Source: the human T2T-CHM13v2.0 reference genome, Homo sapiens. Taken from it: a DNA stretch of 64,000 nt. Where the stretch lies: assembly GCF_009914755.1 (NCBI RefSeq), contig NC_060933.1, one strand, 5' to 3'. A program made the translations under genes and the position numbers. Below are positions 26,007 through 38,499 of the stretch, in pieces; position 1 is the first letter of the stretch; every line of letters begins with the position of its first letter. The notes under the pieces were generated by a model, which ran no database searches, was not told the DNA's origin, and saw only the letters and a program-made list of their open reading frames with translations.

Positions 26007-26650
26007 CAGGTAACCGGGATTTCCACAACAAAGCCCGGCGTGCGGGTCCCTTCCCCCGGCCGGCCAGCGCGAGTGACAGCGGGCGGCCGGCGCTGGCGAG
26101 GAGTAACTTGGGGCTCCAGCCCTTCAGAGCGCTCCGCGGGCTGTGCCTCCTTCGGAAATGAAAACCCCCATCCAAACGGGGGGACGGAGCGCGGAAACCC
26201 GGCCCAAGTGCCGTGTGTGCGCGCGCGTCTGCGAGGGCAGCGGCGGCAGGGGGAGGAGGAGGCAGAGGCGGGGTGGCTGGACCCTCGGCATCAGCTCATT
26301 CTCCCCTGCTACACACATACACACACAAATAATGTTTCTAAAAAGTTCAGTTGCGACTTTGTGCCTCGCCTGTCCTGTTCATCCTCGTCCTGGGCCGGGG
26401 AATGCTTCTGGGGGCCGACCCCGGGATGCTGGCTAATTGCTGCCGGCGGGTTCCGTCGCCGGTGTGACCCTGGACGGCGCGGACGGCGTACAGGGGGTCC
26501 CGGGAGGGGCAGTGGCCGCGGCACTCGCCGCCGGTGCCCGTGCGCGCCGCGCTCTGGGCTGCCCGGGCGGCGCAGTGTGGACGCGGCTGCAGGGAGAGGG
26601 GAAGGGGGAAGAGGGAGGGAGGAAGGCAGCCGGGCGAGGAGTGTGGATGT
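26007..26650 (-). other. GLIS3: GLIS3 non-coding exon 1 (TSS approximate)
   Basis: Consensus donor CTG|GTAAGT (intron starts at 26006) inside the CpG island; GC boxes and CCAAT just upstream. The TSS is estimated only. Confidence 0.8.
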
Positions 26651-26787
26651 GTGTGCGGCCGCGAGGGCCGGCCTGTAGCCAGCTGCTTCCTGAGTGTGAG
26701 CGCCGGAGGGGGAGGGGGAAGAGTGGGGGCGGGCTCGCGGGTCACTAGGCTGGCCAATTCGAAGGCCGAGCTTGTGTCTCCCTCTTG

Positions 26788-26794
<7 letters not shown>

Positions 26795-26827
<33 letters not shown>
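26795..26827 (+). repeat. (CA)16 microsatellite in the proximal promoter
   Basis: Read directly. Confidence 0.97.
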
Positions 26828-26829
<2 letters not shown>

Positions 26830-28919
26830 CCCGTGCGCCAGAAGTCGAGGAACTCCAGAACAGGGTAACAGCAGGGAGACACTTCGCCTTCTTCCTGGCC
26901 TTATTTGTTAAACTGACTTTTATTTTAACATGAAAAAGTGTTAGTGTTTAGACAGGATTTGATGTCAGGTCATAAAAAAATAAACAAACAACCAAAAAAA
27001 TCCGGTAGTAACACGGAGAGAATAACACAGTGAAAAATGGCAAAAGGGTTGCTTTGAAATATCGGATCGGATGCACATGACAACTTCGAAACTGGATAGG
27101 TGAAGCACTAAGGAAGGCTTTGGCATCCTTTCCAAGTATAGGCAGGGAAGAGAGGAAGGTGATGGAAGTGTTAGAAGGGTATAAAATTCTGAACACAGGC
27201 TGTTAAGAATGGAGGTATATTCCCTGCGTATGTTAGGTCTATAAAGTGGCACTTTATCCTTATGAATTCAACATCCTCAGCCTCATACCCCACCTAAGCT
27301 CTGACTCGCCACCGCTTCTGCTTGTGTTGACCAGAGCCCTCAAAAGGTTGTTACAAGAAAGTCTGCTTCTAGTAGTTCATCACATGTATTGCCACAGATG
27401 CAAGGACTTCCATCTTGGGAATCTAGGTATGTAATGCACACAACATCCTCCAGGTAGGCCTTTCTGCAGTTGACAGTATTATTCACCATCATGAATGAAA
27501 TGAGTGAGGATGCCACCAGACACTTAGAATTTCACAAGTCCTTATATTCTATTCTACTGTTACCACTCCAATATAAATTAGCAATCAGGTAGTAGATGCT
27601 TTGATCAAGATAGAAGTCCTCAAGGACACAAATGACTTACCCCAGAAAGCCAAAACTAAAAGACTATTGGCAGTTTTCATTTATCTAATTTCAGTGGGAA
27701 TACTACTAGGCTTGGTCTGTATCCATGATATTAACATAACCAAAAGAAGCCTGGTTTCCACAGTACTTTTTCTTTTCTTTTCCTTCACCTTGGGACACAA
27801 ACTCATCAGAATATTTGTCAGCAGAAGTAGGGGATGAAAAATAGTAAGAGGTCAGGATATGTCATTCTGTCAGTCTTCCAGTTTCTCTCTGTTCATCTCT
27901 TTTAAATACAAGTATTCAAGCCCAAGATGGCAATAGATGGGCTCAACCACACGTAAGAAAAGAAAATACTCATAAAATGAAGCATGCAGCAACATCACAA
28001 AAACAAAGAAACCAAGTGGTGGAAATTGCCATGACTATTCCATTGTGGCTAGTTATTGCAACATGCCTGACATTCACATAAAAACTCTTCCTCATTAACT
28101 CCAGCCTTAAGGAACAGAGCAAGATGGGAACACTAACCCTTCAATGCATCATGGGAACTTCTGTTCATCAGATTCTTGTGCTATACAACTGCTTCCCAGG
28201 AGCAAGACAAGCCTGGGTGGAGACTGCAAAAAACCTTTCCAATGTCCCTCAAATATCATTTTAAATACAATGGTTTTGATGCATAGAATGGTATCCTAGG
28301 GGCTTGCAGAAGCTTCTAAAACTTCCCAAATGATGGGAACAGCTTAGCTGGAAGAGAAAAAAAGATAGTGCTACACCCAACTTTAATCAATGGCTCATGG
28401 AAAAAAACACTGGGAAAGTTAGGAGTCATCAACCTGGAGATCCCCAAAATCTCTTCATTTATAAGAGCCCAAGAGTGGGAATGTCATTTTATTTAGGTGT
28501 GATTTTCATGAACCTCTAACATTCCTAAAATATTTACCACTGAAGAGGTATAGTGCTTTGGTTGAATTTTTTTCTTTTTTTTTTTTTCTGGCCAAGAATG
28601 TAGATCTGCAATGTTCTTATATTCCATGGGTTATAGTAAAAATGCAGTTGTTCTTGTACCAGTACAACCCTGGAATGACTCAGAATGAGATCTGTACCTC
28701 TTCTGGGCTGAATTGGTCAGCAGGGGTGAGGGAGGGTGGTAATGAGAGACAGTGAGAAAGGAAATCATGTAGTTCCAAAATGATACTCTCCCTTACCCAT
28801 GAGCTCTCCATCGTGCTTAGGAATCATACTCTGGCAGCCCTTCAGCCAGATAGGTGGGAACTGCAGCCCAGTCAGTATCTTCCCTCTCTAGAGACCAGTG
28901 TTGTATGTGCCTCAACCGC

Positions 28920-28943
28920 TGACTCAGGGCAGCTGACTCAGCA
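28920..28943. promoter_or_regulatory. Tandem AP-1/MARE (ARE) sites about 2.3 kb upstream of exon 1
   Basis: GCTGACTCAGG followed by GCTGACTCAGCA, with cores 14 bp apart. Confidence 0.55.
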
Positions 28944-29315
28944 GACAGGCCCCTGCTGCCAGCTCCAGTCCAGTTCTCATTCATCAGAGAAATAGTCAGT
29001 GAGTACACACTCTGTCCAAGTATTGGGACTAAAGGAATTAACACTTGTAGGCATTGTATATGGGAGGATATTACAGAAAACTTTTTGCCCAGTGTCTTAG
29101 TTGTAGCAAACCCTCAAGAAATGGGGACTCTTTGCATATATTACCTCATCTAATTCTCAAATCAAATGTATGATGTGGCTATGAATAATCTCCTATTTAG
29201 AAGCAAAGAAGTTGAAGCTCAGTAAACAGTTAAAGAGAGTCAGAGACAGAGCCAAGTATGCCAGTTTAGAAGCCCCAAGTTCAATCAACATTACTGTACT
29301 ACAGAATAATTGTGC

Positions 29316-30930
29316 ATGCTCTTTGAATGTGTATAAAACATATTGCAGGTGTATAAAGTGCAAAGCATCTTGTGGTCAGTGTTAGATGAGCACAATGAAG
29401 TTTGTAGGGAGTGTGGAGGAGGCAGGAATAATTTCCTGCAATGTGACATGGAGTAGCTTGGCTGTTTGAGCTGGACTTCAAAGAATGAGTAGAGAAGTGA
29501 TAAGCAAAGGAGACCATTTCAAGTATAGGAATCAGCATCAAAAGGGGCACAGAAGGCATAAGTCCTGCACAGCAAGCAGCTCACTCAAAGCTAGAGTACA
29601 AAATAGGAACATCCACTGTCTCACAGCAATGAAACTCTCCCGAAGGAACATCCTGACAGCAAAACTTCAGAACTGCTATTTGAGTCACCCTGAGTGCTCT
29701 GACAGTAAACCACTTACTTACAAACTTGCAAAGAACTATGATCAGATTCCTACTCCCACAAAGTGTCCGTGAAAAGAAACAAATTTGAACCCCAAAATAC
29801 AGATAAGTTGAGCTAATAGCACCAGTGATAGTATGCCTAGCTATTAAAATACAGACACACACACACACACACACACACGAGCTGGCAACAGTCCAGTTAC
29901 ATAGAAATGCAGTGGAAAAAGTTAGTGTTTGCCAACTTTAAGGGGGGAACTAAATGTGTAAAATGGAAAATTTCCATTTTACTTTCCTGAGTAGTACAAA
30001 TAGTGGAATGCAGCAAATTTCACATTATGTTATCAGTGTGTGATATACTAAGAAAACTTAAGCTGATTTTTCTACTAATTTGTCACAAGTATGTTCAGCC
30101 CAAATTCTTCGGCTCACATACATGTCAGTGATGTAATTTTTTAAAAAATTCTTATTTACACATATCGCATTCACAACATCATACCTCTTTTCCTTTCTAA
30201 AGTCAAAACTGTAAATCAGAGTCTAAAATGTGTCAGACCAAATGCAACTGACCAAAATTTCAAATATTTCACTCCATACAATATCTCTCAATCTTGTCTA
30301 ATTGGTGAAATGTTTCTTCCTTTTTTATACAAACCAAGCTGAGATGTATCTAAAATTCAGAGAAAGGTTGATGATGTATTCCTTGACATATTACTTAGGT
30401 ATATCTACAAAGAGCTTACCATAACAAACATAAATTCATAGATAAATACAATATTCCGCAGGCAGCCAGTTATTCTTTCACCATTTAACATCTATACTGG
30501 CCAACTATATGTGATGTTGTAAAATTAATTATCTAATCACAATGCCATCTTATCTACAACTACCTTCTATAAATGCCTCTTAATGACCATAACTTACTTT
30601 TCTTCATATGCCTTTCATGGCCTAGCAATAGTACTGGGCACTAGTAAGTAACTAATGCTAATCTGATAAATGGATTAATTAATGAGAGAATGAAAGAATG
30701 GTTTCTTCACCTTCAGAGATGATAAATGACACAACTCATTGTTATGTATGTGTATAATCATTTCAATGTTCCAAAAGAGACTAACAGATGCTCTTTGAAT
30801 GTGTGCAAACCACACTGCAAGTATACAAAGTACAAGGCGTCTTGTTATCAATGTCAGATGAGCACAGTTAGTGTGTAGGGAGTGTGAAGGAGGCAGGAAT
30901 AATTTCCTACAATGTGATATGAAGTAGCTT
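29316..30930 (+). repeat. ~143-bp direct duplication (29316-29459 and 30788-30930)
   Basis: ATGCTCTTTGAATGTGT...GGAGGCAGGAATAATTTCCT...GTAGCTT in both copies; about 80% identical by eye. Confidence 0.88.
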
Positions 30931-31994
30931 TCTGTACCCCTAGGCTTTTTATTATAAACTGAAGATTTAAATATTGCTTCCTATTTCTTGAGGAAGAAAA
31001 TTCAAAGACTTTATGCAATGCTTAGAATAAGGAGGAGAGCCTGTCTGCGCCCTGCTCCAGTGACCCTTTCCTGTCTGACACCCACTACTAAACCAGGTCA
31101 GTTGCATCATACCCTGAATTCTAGCCTCAAAATAAAAATATATACTAAATAATGGGGAGAAAAGGGAAGAAAAGAAATGGAAAATAGGGAACGAGGGTGC
31201 AGAGAAGAAGGTGAATTATTTAAAAACTAGTGGAAATGAAGAAGGCAGCGCAGCACTGATACCTCAGAATAATTGAGAGCAACTAGTTAGTTTGGGGCAG
31301 AATTAAGCTCTGGAACAAAAGCAATTCAGTGGCTTTTCAGACTCCTCCCCAACTCACCTCAAGTCTTAAATATACCTGCAAAGGGGTTTGAAAAAACTTG
31401 GAGATTTTCCACAAATCCTAACTTCTTACGATGTTAAAAGCACTCAGGAGATTTTCACGTGTACACACATTTCTTTTCTTGTTTAACCCTATACAGCAGG
31501 GAGGAGTGTAATTTTATTGTCCATGGAACAAATGACCAATTGCCCCCAAAGCAGACCTGCCCCGGGTAAGAGTGTTGACTTCCTTCAGGCTGGGGACACT
31601 GCCCCAAGCTCATGATCTACATTTTTTTTCACTTCATTCTCACAACATCCGAATCAGGTAAGATCTAGCACAACTTCCATTTTACAGATGAGAAAAGAGA
31701 GGCAGAGAGAGGTGGAGTATCTCCCCACTGTCACCCAACTCATGTGGGACTAGCCAAACTTCTACCTATTAACCATTGCTCTATTACCTTTTCAGGGCAG
31801 GAAACCCTACTTCCACCAGACATGTATTTGTTTATTCACTCAGGCAGGTGGTATGTTGGAAGAAGAGTGGACTTTGGAATCAGAAAACCTGGAATCCCAA
31901 CTTCACCGCTAACCGAGAGACCTTGAGCTGGTTCCTAAACCACGGGGAACTTCAGTTCCACTACATGAGTTATTGCAAAGGTTGAATCGGAATT

Positions 31995-32520
31995 GTGACA
32001 CTGGCCAGCACACGTGTGAAACCAGGGGCATCCCCTATTGATAAGGAGCCCAGCCCAAGAGCTTCAAGGGAAATTGACCCCAGCCCCAGCTCCACTGATG
32101 GGCTCGATGATTCAGAGAGGAATCTCACTCCCTTGGTCAAAGTGAATGGCTCATAAATCTGGGCCTAAGTCAATCCGTGCAAGACATTCCCCTGGCCATA
32201 GGGATTGGTTAAAAAATGGACATGTAACCCAGTTTGGGCTAAATGAGATGTGAACAGGAAAGTTATTTGATAGCTTCTGAGGAAGGTAGCTTCTCTTCTT
32301 TCTAGAGAGCCACTGGAAAGGTAGCCTTTTCTCCTCTATGTGTTGTGGAGAGAAAAAAAAAGTGAAACTGTCTCCCTCTCAGCCCACACAGAAGGCTCAC
32401 ACTTGGTGAAGGGAAGGGTGGAGAAGATTACAGAGAATAGCCCTGATGGAACCACACCTGATTTCTACCTGACCTCTTAATTTTTTCATTTGTACAAGTC
32501 AGTAAATGCCTTTTAATTTT
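31995..32520 (+). mobile_element. Old MLT1 (MaLR) LTR
   Basis: GATTGGTT...CATGTAACCCAG...AATGAGATGTGA and AGTAAATGCC motifs. Confidence 0.55.
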
Positions 32521-32659
32521 TAAACAAATAATTACAGCAACTTATAGAAGTACCTAAGGTATTAAGTTACCATCATGAATACAAAGATAAGCAAGACAAA
32601 CTTCAAGGGGCTCACCACCTAATAAATATTATACTTAGCTTTTATGACATCATTTTAGT

Positions 32660-32880
32660 CTTTTTTGTTGTTTTTTGTTTTTGTTTCTAAATAGGATCTT
32701 GCTTTATCACCCAAACTGTAATGCAGTGGTGTGATCATAGCTCACTACAGCCCCGACCTCCTGGGCTCAAGTGATCCTCTTGCCTCAGCCTCCTAAGGAG
32801 CTGGGACTACAGGTGCGTGCCCAGCTAATTTCTTTTATTTTTGTAGAGGCAGGGGGGGTCTCGCTATGTTGCCCAGGCTG
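32660..32880 (-). mobile_element. Partial AluJ
   Basis: Antisense Alu right arm plus part of the left arm. Confidence 0.85.
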
Positions 32881-34084
32881 TGGGTTTTTCAGGTTAAAGT
32901 TATGGCTCATTCTCTCTTCAGGACCCTGCTACCATTTGGTCAATTTAATATTATGCAAGAGAAATTCCATTTCCCTAGTAGTTACACAATGCCCGCTTTC
33001 AGACCAGCTAGTCAACCCTGTGAGGGTCAGATAGAGTAGTTTATCCATTTGGTTGTCAGACAACTGCCTCGAACAGCCAGGCCATTTCTACATGTTCTCA
33101 GTTACTGGTTAACAAATGTTGCCCCAGAATTCAGCACCTAATAGGAAATACATTCATTTCCAAATTCCTACTGAAATAGGATTTTTCTCATTCCTAGATA
33201 AAACAGAGGCACCCAGATTTTCCTGGAATGGCATTCAGAAATAGAGAAGGAATCATAGAGAAATGTCTGCCCAGGCATCTCTGAGTCTCATGCCTTTTTG
33301 CTGTTGCTGCTGTTATGACTCCTACCTTGGAAAGTTTCAGTCATCCTTGAACATCCTCCCCACCCCCATGCTTTCCTGTCTTCTGTTTCATAACTAAATG
33401 CCATTTAAAACTCTAGCTATAGATACCCCTTGCTGATATAAGCAACAGAAGTAGAGAGTCCTTAGATTCTAGACTGAATTTAGGGCCCAACAGTTAGACA
33501 ATTGGAACTTGATAATAACGTTATCTCAGCAGATTGCGTAAGTCAGAAATGTTCTCCCTGTCACTGCTTTCTTTTTCCTTCCAGCAAGAAGTGGACATTA
33601 AGGAGAAAGTGAAGGTGGCAAGTTATGAGTGATCTGTTTAAGACACAGTTTAGTTATGGCAATGATAACAACTCACATTTATTAGGGGCTTATTATGTAT
33701 CAGGCTGAGCAAAGTACGTAAGATTCTTGATCTCATTTAATTCTCACAGTGTAGGGGCTAATGAGTGGTGGAGGTGAGAGGAGGACGCAGCCTCCCTTGG
33801 CTCCAGGGCACACACTCTTAGCTGTAACACTCTATTGCCTCCATAAAGTATGCTTAATTGTAATACATGTTGATGAGATATGTGATAAACATAATTTATG
33901 TAAAATTTAAGAACAAGATCTATTGTATAAATTATATATGTAATGACCTGTTTATACGACGCTACCGTGATACTGAACTTCCTGTAGTTCCTCAAAGCCT
34001 GCTTTGCAAACCCTCCAGAGCCCCCAAGCCTGCTGTTTTATCTCCACAGGATGACCTTTACTATCCACCTCCTCTTACTCTGTG

Positions 34085-34578
34085 AGGCTTTCTCCGATAG
34101 GGAGAATAATGTCCCCCCGGCCCCGCCCTGCATCCCAACAAAAAAAAATCCACATCCTAACTCCTGGAACCTATGAATATGTTAGATTACATGGCAAAAA
34201 GGACTTAAGGCTGTGGATGGCATTAAGGTTGCTAATTAGTTGCCCTTAAAGTAGGGAGACTATCCTGGACTGTGGAAGTGAGCCCTGGATTATGAATGTG
34301 ATAGGGAAGCAGAAGCATAGAGAGACTATGTTACCAGGTTTGAAGGTGCAGGAAGGAGCTATTAACCAAGGAATATGGGCAGCTCTAGAAGCTGGAAAAG
34401 CAATGGAATAATTCCTTCCTAGAGCCTCCAGAAAGGCACACAGCCCTGCCACACCTTGATCTTAGACCAAGGAAACCTGTGTCAGACTTCTATCCTACAA
34501 AACTGTAAGATAGAATTGCGGGTTGTTTAGGGTGCTATTTAGGGTAACTTGTGACAGCAGCAACAGAAAAGTAATGCA
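34085..34578 (+). mobile_element. MLT1 (MLT1D-like) LTR
   Basis: CACATCCTAA.TCCTGGAACCT.TGAATATGTTA...CAGCAGCAACAGAAAA.TAAT.CA. Confidence 0.8.
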
Positions 34579-35367
34579 CTTTCTCAACTTTCCTCTCTCC
34601 ATTCTCCCCCAGAACCAAACACTGCTGGCTCTGGGCTCTCACAGAACACTGTCCTTACAGTATTTAATGCTCTTGATACTATCTGGGGCCTGGCCACGTG
34701 CATCCCATCCTTCCCTTAGCTTCTCCAGGAGCATTGTGGCTTGGTGTCACGACCTATCTGAAAGCCTTAACCCTGCCACCACCCACTTTCTGCTGGAAGG
34801 ACAGGCACTGTGAAGTGAAAGGACCCACAGCCCATGAACTGGAAGGAACAGGAAGGGCAGGAGAAAGAAGAAATAAGAGGAGAGCAGCAGGGGGATGCAG
34901 GGAGGAGGAGGATAAAGGGGTTACCAGAGGAGAGGAGGTGAGAAAACAGAGGGAAGGAATGAAGGAGGAAGACAGGGTCAAAGAAGAGGAGAAGGAAGGA
35001 AGGGCGCTGGAGGAGGACACAGAAGCTAGGGTGGCAACGAAGAGGAGAAGGGAGAATGAAGAGAAAGGACCTTGTTCTGCCCCCACCCATCTCCCACCTG
35101 AACACCCTCTCCTCCCTCCTCCCTGAGATCTCCCCCAGCCTTGAGGATCCAGTCCTAGTGCCTCTTCCTTGCAGTGGCTCTCAGTGCTGGGTTCTCCTTA
35201 GAATACCCAGGGAAACTTGCCAGGCCCCACCCCCCAGAGATTCTGACTTAATCAGCCTGGATGGGATCTAGGCATCAGGACTCTTTATAAGCTTCCTAGG
35301 AGACTTTAATGGGCAGCCAGGGTGAAGAACCATTGTCATAAAGCCCTCTTTGATCTCTTTGTCTCAC

Positions 35368-35559
35368 CTGGGATGGCTCCTACAGTCAAACTCAAAGCCC
35401 TTGTCTAGGTCTCACACTTGGCAGCTGGAGAGGCTGAATTGAGACAATTTTAGAACCCAGACCCCAGAGCCAAACTGCTGGGATTTAGTCCTGGCTCCAC
35501 ATTTAATAGCTGAGCAACTTTAGGGTAGTCACTTAAGCTCTTTGTGCCTGTCTCTCTAT
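35368..35559 (-). other. GLIS3: Predicted upstream non-coding exon (192 nt) with a MIR-derived acceptor
   Basis: Acceptor ATTCATTCTCCTTTTGCAG|AT (AG at 35561-35560) in an antisense MIR; donor CAG|GTGAGA after 35368. Confidence 0.55.
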
Positions 35560-35680
35560 CTGCAAAAGGAGAATGAATATAGTCAGGTATTTGCCTCACA
35601 GCATTGTTTTGGAGACTGAGTTAATATTTGTTAAGTGCTTAGAACAGTGGCTACCACACATAATGTATGATAAAAGCATT
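35450..35680 (+). mobile_element. MIR
   Basis: GAGCCAAACTGC.TGGG...CTCTTTGTGCCT...CTGCAAAA.GGAGA...GTGCTTAGAACAGTG. Confidence 0.75.
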
Positions 35681-36991
35681 TTTTAAGATAAAACAGAATC
35701 AGCCTGCATCATCTCCGAATTGTTACTCTATCTTGTCAAGCTGTTCAACCTTTTGTGTATATGCCCGTGCCTCGTTTACAACTGCACTCTCCTGTCATTC
35801 CCTCCAGCCAAAGCCATTGCTGTCTACATAATAGGCACTCAATAGTCTGTTAAGTGAACAAAGAAAAAGCAAGAAATAATTCAAAAATATATATAACCTG
35901 TCATTAAAATTAAGACTTGGCTGTAAGTTAATACTTTTTTAAAAAACAAGTCATTTAAACAATTTCCACTTATGAACAAAGGTCTTAAGCAGTGGTTGGG
36001 GCGGGGGGAGCACAGTATAAGTAACAGGAATTGTGTGGCATAAGGAAGAGTCCTGAGTGGGTTCTCAAATTGGACAATTCTGACAGGTTACAGAAGGTCA
36101 TAAAATAGGCTGAAAAAAGGAGAGGGGTGGAGGTTATGAAAAAATACCCAGGTCAGAGGAATAAAAGGCCACAAAAGGCAAACTTACTACTTTATAATTG
36201 TGCCTAAGTCAGGCCCAGTCTACATTTCTATTTTGATGACTGATTTACATACACACTCATATACATTTTAACTCTGAAAGTAGAAGTTCCATATGTGTTT
36301 TATTTACTCTCATTTATTTTTTATCTTTACCAGTTGGCCTATTTTTTTTTTCTTCACATGACATCAGGAGATCATCATTGCAACAAGCAACTCAGCTTAG
36401 AAGCGCTGGGATAACTCCGAAAGAGACATGTGAGACAAGATGTAGAACTTTGTATTAGAGTACAATAAAATTTATAATGCACAAATTTGGCGGCCAAAAG
36501 ATTTCTCTCAAAGGTATGAAAAAAATGTCTGTGCTATATTTTCAAAGAAACCAAATAAGACATGGTCCCTGAATCACTGTCTGAACGCAAACAGCATTTG
36601 GCTTTGATCTGAGTTGTTGAAAACTATGACCAATTTATCCTGAGGATGCCAAACCATCAGAGAATGTTTTTAAGTCTGGATTTCCATATCAGGATTCTGC
36701 TACACACTTTTTCTCTTCATTTCACATTACACAGGGCCAACCCAAAATAGTACTTCCAACAATGGATGTAGTTGGTATGATAATTTCACATCTAGCTATG
36801 GGCAAGGGGTAGATGGGCCTTTTTCTTACTGACATGCTCATGTGGCCCAGGAAATATATATAAAAATATAATTGAACAGTAAATGAAATTATTAGGTATA
36901 ATCCCTCTTCTATACTGTATTGATAGACTTCTTAGGCAAACTCAGCCAGTTTCCGAGTGAATGGGGGATAAAGAAAATTTCAGAAACTCAC

Positions 36992-37119
36992 TTGTCTAGC
37001 AAACGTGCCCCATTGTGCCTCTCCAATCTGCCCGAGCCACACCTGCTGCCGGCCTTCTTCCTGCTCTCCACCTGGTCCAAGAAGAGTCACTGCCGATTTT
37101 TTGAATTTCATTTGCAAAC
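36992..37119 (-). other. GLIS3: Predicted upstream non-coding exon (128 nt)
   Basis: Branch-like CTAAT at 37143-37139, acceptor GTTTAG|G (weak pyrimidine tract), donor CAA|GTGAGT after 36992. Confidence 0.45.
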
Positions 37120-37686
37120 CTAAACCCCAAATACATCCATTAGTTTCAGTGCCGAATCACATTTGCAGTGCCCCTCCCTGCCTCCAAAGCTAAACTATAT
37201 GTGTCTGAAGGTGCAGACACGGGGGGAACAGATCCAGCCCCATGAGGACACACACCAGCCATCTTGCAAGCATGTGTGACACCAAGGACCTCCTACAATG
37301 AGCCAATCACCCAGGATTACCCGCTCTTGGGTCTTAGGAGGATTTTTTGGGAAGGTGATGAGGACTTGATCAGCACATACAGTCTCTGAAGCACTTTCCA
37401 CTCTGCCCACATCCTTCTGAAATAAGTAAATGGGGGTGGTGATGTTGATGTTTTACACTTCTCTACATTTTAGGGCATCTAAATCACCCAAAGGTAGGTC
37501 TTTGTCTAAAATCGTAGTCTGAAGCTAGAGATTTGGACCCATTCTGCATTCAGGGTGCATCTTCAGATTTCAATACAGACAAGGTGTACAGGATTTGGAG
37601 GGCAGTGGGCAACTTCTAAGGATGGGGACTTTATAGAAGTGCCTAATCCGAAAGCCAGAGTGTCTTCGCAGGAGTTCTTAATGCTA

Positions 37687-38022
<336 letters not shown>

Positions 38023-38499
38023 TTAGCTTTTGTAATCCCATGTATTTCATTTTAGACCTTACTCTGAGAAGCAGTCCACAAGCTTCACCAGACTCCCAGA
38101 GAAATCCATTACACAATAAGTTTCCGACCCCTGCAACTGTCAGGGCCCACTCTCCCTCCCTCCCAAGCCAGAATAACTCCACACTCCCCAGCTCCTACCC
38201 CTACCCTGACTTCCACCATCTGTCTTCCCCAACAGCAACATGGTGGCCCTGACCCTCCTGCATCGGCCTTATCACCGCCCTCCTCTTTTAGAGCCACCTC
38301 CCCTGCCTTCTATAAAACACTGTCTTGTCCTGGGAGTTTGAGTTGTATGTTTAAAGACTGTCAGCAGCGGTCGTCTGACAGGAGCAGGGAAAGTGGTTAG
38401 GTGACAGGAATTCAGTTAGATGATGTCTTCATTTTTAGAGTAAGCCCATTTTACCTAAATGATCAAGAAAACAGAAAAGATCTTTTAAAAATCTATTCT

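Larger units (their letters stand above)
24150..26870. promoter_or_regulatory. GLIS3: CpG island / GLIS3 promoter region
   Basis: Sharp rise in GC and CpG density relative to the flanks; GC boxes GGGGCGGG at 24526 and 26726, CCAAT at 26754, ETS-type CTTCCTG motifs, G-run clusters. Confidence 0.95.
25976..32645 (+). ncRNA. Candidate spliced antisense/divergent lncRNA from the GLIS3 CpG island (start approximate)
   Basis: Plus-strand donors at 26009, 26864 and 27426; internal exon 31497-31565 (TTCTTTTCTTGTTTAACCCTATACAG|CAG ... CGG|GTAAGA); terminal acceptor CTATTACCTTTTCAG|G at 31795; AATAAA at 32621. Confidence 0.45.

Noticed and set aside
24294-26827. Long ORFs in the CpG island (e.g. 228 aa at 25992-26678, 172 aa, 148 aa)
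   Set aside because: G/R/P/A-rich, overlapping on both strands, expected from stop-codon scarcity in GC-rich DNA; no recognisable domain.
34698-35126. Glu-rich 142-aa ORF
   Set aside because: GA-rich low-complexity sequence with no supported exon structure.
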